A stretch of 59,810 bases of DNA from a virus (Duplodnaviria > Caudoviricetes), in IMG/VR virus record IMGVR_UViG_3300046787_000377, positions 1 through 59,810 of that record. The stretch is one strand, 5' to 3'. The notes under the pieces are model-generated. The model had not been told where the DNA came from. It was given only the letters and a program-made list of their open reading frames with translations, and made no database searches. Both the position numbers and the translations under genes were made by a program. Positions 55,920 to 59,810 of the stretch are shown one piece after another (the first letter of the stretch is position 1; the number at the start of each line of letters is the position of its first letter).

Positions 55920-58397
55920 ATGCCAGGTTCTTTTCCACAATATTCAGACATATATCCAGGATTAACCACTTTATTAAAAAATAGGGGTGGTAACAATAGT
56001 CCAGTAACCAATATAATTGGAGGTGGGGTTAGTGGATTATCTACATGGATTCGATTAATCTCATCGGTTGAGGCCGGATTGGTAATGGAAAGTATCCAAG
56101 ATACAAGTGGAGATTTTCAATTTAATTATGGTGCGGATACATCAACCTATAAAGGACCAGGTGTTATCGGTCGCAATTTTTCAGGGACTGCTGTTAGAAT
56201 AACAAATGGAAATGACAGAGCATTAAGACCCTCACCCATTATAACTGGTATGAGCATGGATGAGAAAGCCGAAGGTGGTTCTCGACTTGCTAAAATTTCA
56301 ATAACCGCATTCACCTTAAAACAGGCAGAACAACTTTCTGAATATTTTTTAGAACCAGGATTTCATTTATTATGTGAATGGGGATGGAATACTCAACAAT
56401 CAGTTTCTCAAAAATGTGGAGGTGGTGGTAAACTTGGTGTGTGTGATATCATACAATATGATAATTGGCCTCACATAAAAGAAAAACGAGAAAAATCTGG
56501 ATTTACATACGATGCTTTTTTGGGTATTGTAACTGGTGGTGGTATTTCATTTGGTGATAATGAAACATATGTATTAGAAGTACAAGTAACATCGGTTGGT
56601 AATGTTGCTGAATATATGCAAACTCATAGAGATGCAAATTCAACTGATAAAGCAAAAAAAGATTCAAGTGGAACATTTAGTGCACAAGAAGTAGATTCTG
56701 CAGTTGGTGCTGGTAAAATTGGACGAGCATTATTCATGCAAATGTTTAATGAGTTACCTGGACACAAAAGGACACCATTAGTTAAACAACTAATAAATAA
56801 TCCTAATCTTTCTAACGAAGGTAACTTTGTAAATATGGATAAGGTTGTTAAAGAAGAACTAACGGATGCCTTATCAGAAGCAGGTGAGGTTACTTCAGAT
56901 GATGAATCGGTAGAAATTACTATTCCAAAGGATATGCCATTACTGGCTGAAGATAGATTTATTCGATTCGAACTTGCAGTTGAAATTATAAATTCATATC
57001 CGATGAAACTAGCTCCACAAACAACTACATGTCCCAAAGCATCTAGAGACCAACGAATTAATATTAGTGAGACAGTTTGTGCTGGGTTTCCACATATGTT
57101 TTCAACTGATAAATCTAAATTATTTATACCCAACACTACTGCACCTAATTTTCATTTGAAAAAAGCATTATCTGCTAAAGAAGAAACTACCGAGTTTATA
57201 GTATTCAATGATTTAAATGCAGAAGTAAATTTAGCAAACTTACACCCATTAACTGGTAACACAATATTTAAAGAAACTCAAAATAAAACTAAAAAAGATT
57301 TTGCAACAGGACAAGATAGACCGGCACCATATGCATTCCCTGCTACATACGGATTGAAAAAATCATTTGGAAAGGTTGATAGTTCATTTGAGCCTATAAT
57401 AGAAAAACCATATTTTTGGGGATATTTAAAAAACTTATACATAAATTTTGATTTTTTTGTGGAATGTATTTCTAAACCAAATTTTGTGGTTAGAGATGTT
57501 TTCTATGAAATGTTGAATGGAATGTCCTCAGCGTGTAATTCATTATGGAAATTTCAAATCATGGAAAAGCCAAATAAAGCAACTGGTGATTTAGAATTAG
57601 CTGTTGTAGATTTAAATTTTGGAGGTATTGTAAGTATGGACGGTATAACTACATTTCAAGCAAGAGGAGTTACATCACCATTTGTAAGTTGTGATTTTAA
57701 TGTAGAAGTTCCTGGTGCAATGATGTCATCAATCGTTCAGAAAAAATTAAATTCTGGTTTTGAACATAGTCCAGAATTAAACCCACGTCCAATGCTGGGC
57801 AATGTATTTAGTAAACGAGAAGATAAAGCGGGAACTATACTTCAGGGATTAAAAGTATTAGAAAAAGAAACCGCAGTTCCAAAGGATACAAATACACCAA
57901 CAACTGAAAAATCAGCAGAAGAATTAGAACTAGAAGCAAAAGCATTAAATTATGAATACTACACCAAAACTGGTGCGGTATTTCCCAAAATACAAGATAG
58001 ATTAGGTGAAATAGATTTGAAAAAAGAATTTTATGATTTCTATAAAGGTAACGATGGTTCAATAGAACGTAGTATTATGGTTGGTGCTTGGAATGATACC
58101 GCAGCATTAAGACAAGTTTTCTTAGTTGATAAAGGTATCGCACAAGGTGGTAAAAGTGGAAGAGGTGGTAAGGATAATAACAACAATAATCCACCATTTG
58201 GAGTTGCCTCATTTAATTTTAGAGTTCATGGTGCTAGTGGATTTAAAGTAGGTGATAAATTTAGAATAGATGGATTACCTAAACAATTTGGTGCACCTAG
58301 CTTTTTTCAAATAGTTAAAGTAGACCACGTTATTGAGGGAATGAATTGGTGGACAGATGTTAAGGGAGAATTACGTGTCATAGGAGATGAAAAATAA
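55920..58397 (+). CDS. Putative baseplate hub protein
   Basis: EWGWN; C-terminal GASGFKVGDKFRIDGLP..FQIVKVDH...W.T; follows the LysM gene. Confidence 0.55.
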   Translation: MPGSFPQYSDIYPGLTTLLKNRGGNNSPVTNIIGGGVSGLSTWIRLISSVEAGLVMESIQDTSGDFQFNYGADTSTYKGPGVIGRNFSGTAVRITNGNDRALRPSPIITGMSMDEKAEGGSRLAKISITAFTLKQAEQLSEYFLEPGFHLLCEWGWNTQQSVSQKCGGGGKLGVCDIIQYDNWPHIKEKREKSGFTYDAFLGIVTGGGISFGDNETYVLEVQVTSVGNVAEYMQTHRDANSTDKAKKDSSGTFSAQEVDSAVGAGKIGRALFMQMFNELPGHKRTPLVKQLINNPNLSNEGNFVNMDKVVKEELTDALSEAGEVTSDDESVEITIPKDMPLLAEDRFIRFELAVEIINSYPMKLAPQTTTCPKASRDQRINISETVCAGFPHMFSTDKSKLFIPNTTAPNFHLKKALSAKEETTEFIVFNDLNAEVNLANLHPLTGNTIFKETQNKTKKDFATGQDRPAPYAFPATYGLKKSFGKVDSSFEPIIEKPYFWGYLKNLYINFDFFVECISKPNFVVRDVFYEMLNGMSSACNSLWKFQIMEKPNKATGDLELAVVDLNFGGIVSMDGITTFQARGVTSPFVSCDFNVEVPGAMMSSIVQKKLNSGFEHSPELNPRPMLGNVFSKREDKAGTILQGLKVLEKETAVPKDTNTPTTEKSAEELELEAKALNYEYYTKTGAVFPKIQDRLGEIDLKKEFYDFYKGNDGSIERSIMVGAWNDTAALRQVFLVDKGIAQGGKSGRGGKDNNNNNPPFGVASFNFRVHGASGFKVGDKFRIDGLPKQFGAPSFFQIVKVDHVIEGMNWWTDVKGELRVIGDEK

Positions 58398-58783
58398 TGG
58401 GAATGTTAGAATCATATAAAAAGTTAGTTACTAAAAGTCCTATACCAGACGATAATATACGAACTCATGCTGTAAATCCAACTGAATCAGATTATACTCG
58501 TGGGTTTATATCAAGATATTTTGCACAAAAAGTAACCGATGTAAATTCTCCGATATTTGAGGTAGATGAGAGGGTATTTTCTAGATTACAAAATAATCAA
58601 ATGTATGTTGTAGTATCTTTAAAATGGAGAATAAAAGGACCAAAGCAAACTATATATAGAGAAGATGGACAAGTATTTGATGTAAGTGTATCTGAATCAA
58701 ATAGAAGAGCTATTTTAATACACTATGATAAGATACCTAAGTTAAAACTATATTTACCAAATCTTTTACAATTTTACAAATAA
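58397..58783 (+). CDS. Hypothetical protein
   Basis: PTESDYTRGFISRYF; translationally coupled to the previous ORF. Confidence 0.55.
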   Translation: MGMLESYKKLVTKSPIPDDNIRTHAVNPTESDYTRGFISRYFAQKVTDVNSPIFEVDERVFSRLQNNQMYVVVSLKWRIKGPKQTIYREDGQVFDVSVSESNRRAILIHYDKIPKLKLYLPNLLQFYK

Positions 58784-58814
58784 TATATATTTATATAAAA
58801 TAAACAAATAAGTT

Positions 58815-59588
58815 ATGGCATACAAACACCTTACAACGGAAGAACTTCAACAAATGTCATTTGATTGGAGATATCGTGGATTCACTGTTTTAGAATTACT
58901 TACTGAAACCGAAGTGGATGAAATCAACGCAGAATTAGATAGATTACGTGTAGAACGTAATGAAAGAGAACCAGGAAAATGGCAAGAATTCGAACCTATT
59001 ATGTATCCACATAAAGAATCAGATAAAATTGCTAAATTGTTTTCACATCCAAAAATTATGGAAGCAGCTGAATTCCTTATGGAAGGTAGAGTTGTTGGAT
59101 TACAAACTTGGGGGTATTATAAACCAAAAGGTGAATTGGGTAGAGATATGCATCAAAACGCATTCTACACTGGTTGTGGCCACAATGAGATTATTAATAC
59201 TGCATTGGCGTTAGATAATCACGACCCTGAAAACGGAGCAGTATGGAACTATGAAGGTTCACATAGATTACCAGTTTTACCAATCGAAGATAACGAAGAA
59301 AGAAAAGCAACTAATACTGATAACTGGAGAAGTGAAAGAGGTAAGAGTTGTGTAATGCCTGAAGGACATGATTTCCGTAAGGTAGAAGGTTATTTGAAAA
59401 AAGGACAAGTTGCGTTATTACACTCACACGTAGTACATGGTTCAGAACCAAACAGAGATACAACTAGAATGAGAAGAAATTTCTTAGGTGGGTATCTTAA
59501 AGAAGGTGCGTATTTCCATCCTGGCAATCAAATGAAGCGTGAACCAATCAATATGTATGACCTTAGAAAAAAACATTGGGGAGAGTAA
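58815..59588 (+). CDS. PhyH-family Fe(II)/2-oxoglutarate dioxygenase with atypical HQN motif
   Basis: KPKG..HQN, ALD...ENG....GSH, HGS..N....RR. Confidence 0.85.
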   Translation: MAYKHLTTEELQQMSFDWRYRGFTVLELLTETEVDEINAELDRLRVERNEREPGKWQEFEPIMYPHKESDKIAKLFSHPKIMEAAEFLMEGRVVGLQTWGYYKPKGELGRDMHQNAFYTGCGHNEIINTALALDNHDPENGAVWNYEGSHRLPVLPIEDNEERKATNTDNWRSERGKSCVMPEGHDFRKVEGYLKKGQVALLHSHVVHGSEPNRDTTRMRRNFLGGYLKEGAYFHPGNQMKREPINMYDLRKKHWGE

Positions 59589-59810
59589 ATATAAACACAT
59601 TTATGTGTTTGGATGTTCGCATTCATTAAATACTAATTCGATTGATTCTAATTGTAAATCATATTCAGAACATTTAGCAGAAAAGTTAAATATACCAAAT
59701 GAAAATGTATATAATTACTCAATAAATGGAAGTTCGAATAGTGAAAATTTATATTATTTAAATTGTATAAATTCAGAATTTTCTTTTTTTCATAGTAACA
59801 ACGATAATAG
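59557..59810 (+). CDS. SGNH-like protein, 3' partial (not in ORF track)
   Basis: Manual translation MTLEKNIGESKYKHIYVFGCSHS...NYSINGSSNS; open to the window end. Confidence 0.55.
   Translation, partial: MTLEKNIGESKYKHIYVFGCSHSLNTNSIDSNCKSYSEHLAEKLNIPNENVYNYSINGSSNSENLYYLNCINSEFSFFHSNNDN

Noticed and set aside
13-58062. Minus-strand and nested alternative-frame ORFs in the track
   Set aside because: They overlap well-supported + strand genes, have shadow-like composition and show no recognisable motifs.
1-59810. Stop-codon reassignment as in some large phages
   Set aside because: Core genes are full length in the standard code, and TAG terminates genes (e.g. 12242, 27673, 39241).
1-59810. 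tRNA or rRNA genes
   Set aside because: Intergenic gaps are short and AT-rich; no cloverleaf or T-loop signature was seen by eye.

Overview
AT-rich window from a large T4-like (myovirus, jumbo-type) tailed phage, essentially all coding on the + strand in the standard code. It covers the tail of a sugar-modification cluster (1-5.7 kb) and the virion morphogenesis region: terminase, portal, prohead protease, scaffold, major capsid protein, neck, Ser/Thr-rich tail fibres, sheath, tube, tape measure and baseplate. A phage-encoded ribosomal protein bS21 lies directly upstream of scaffold/capsid; together with Bacteroidota-type promoters it suggests a Bacteroidota host. Main candidate for a new system: head-region genes, above all a 1917-aa ORF, look like polyproteins of unrelated modules joined by a recurring ES(V/I)NE linker. 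The linker fits a gp21-type protease site and is partly conserved as exact 16-18 bp DNA repeats, suggesting a cassette-like system for loading cargo into the capsid. Other highlights: a probable +1/-2 frameshift in the gp26/gp51-like pair, a non-splicing Hint domain in a tail-tip protein, about 20 copies of an ATA(T/C)TTAT late-promoter motif, Shine-Dalgarno use in late genes but not in the early island, and a structured scaffold/capsid leader. All calls come from motif recognition by eye; no searches were run.
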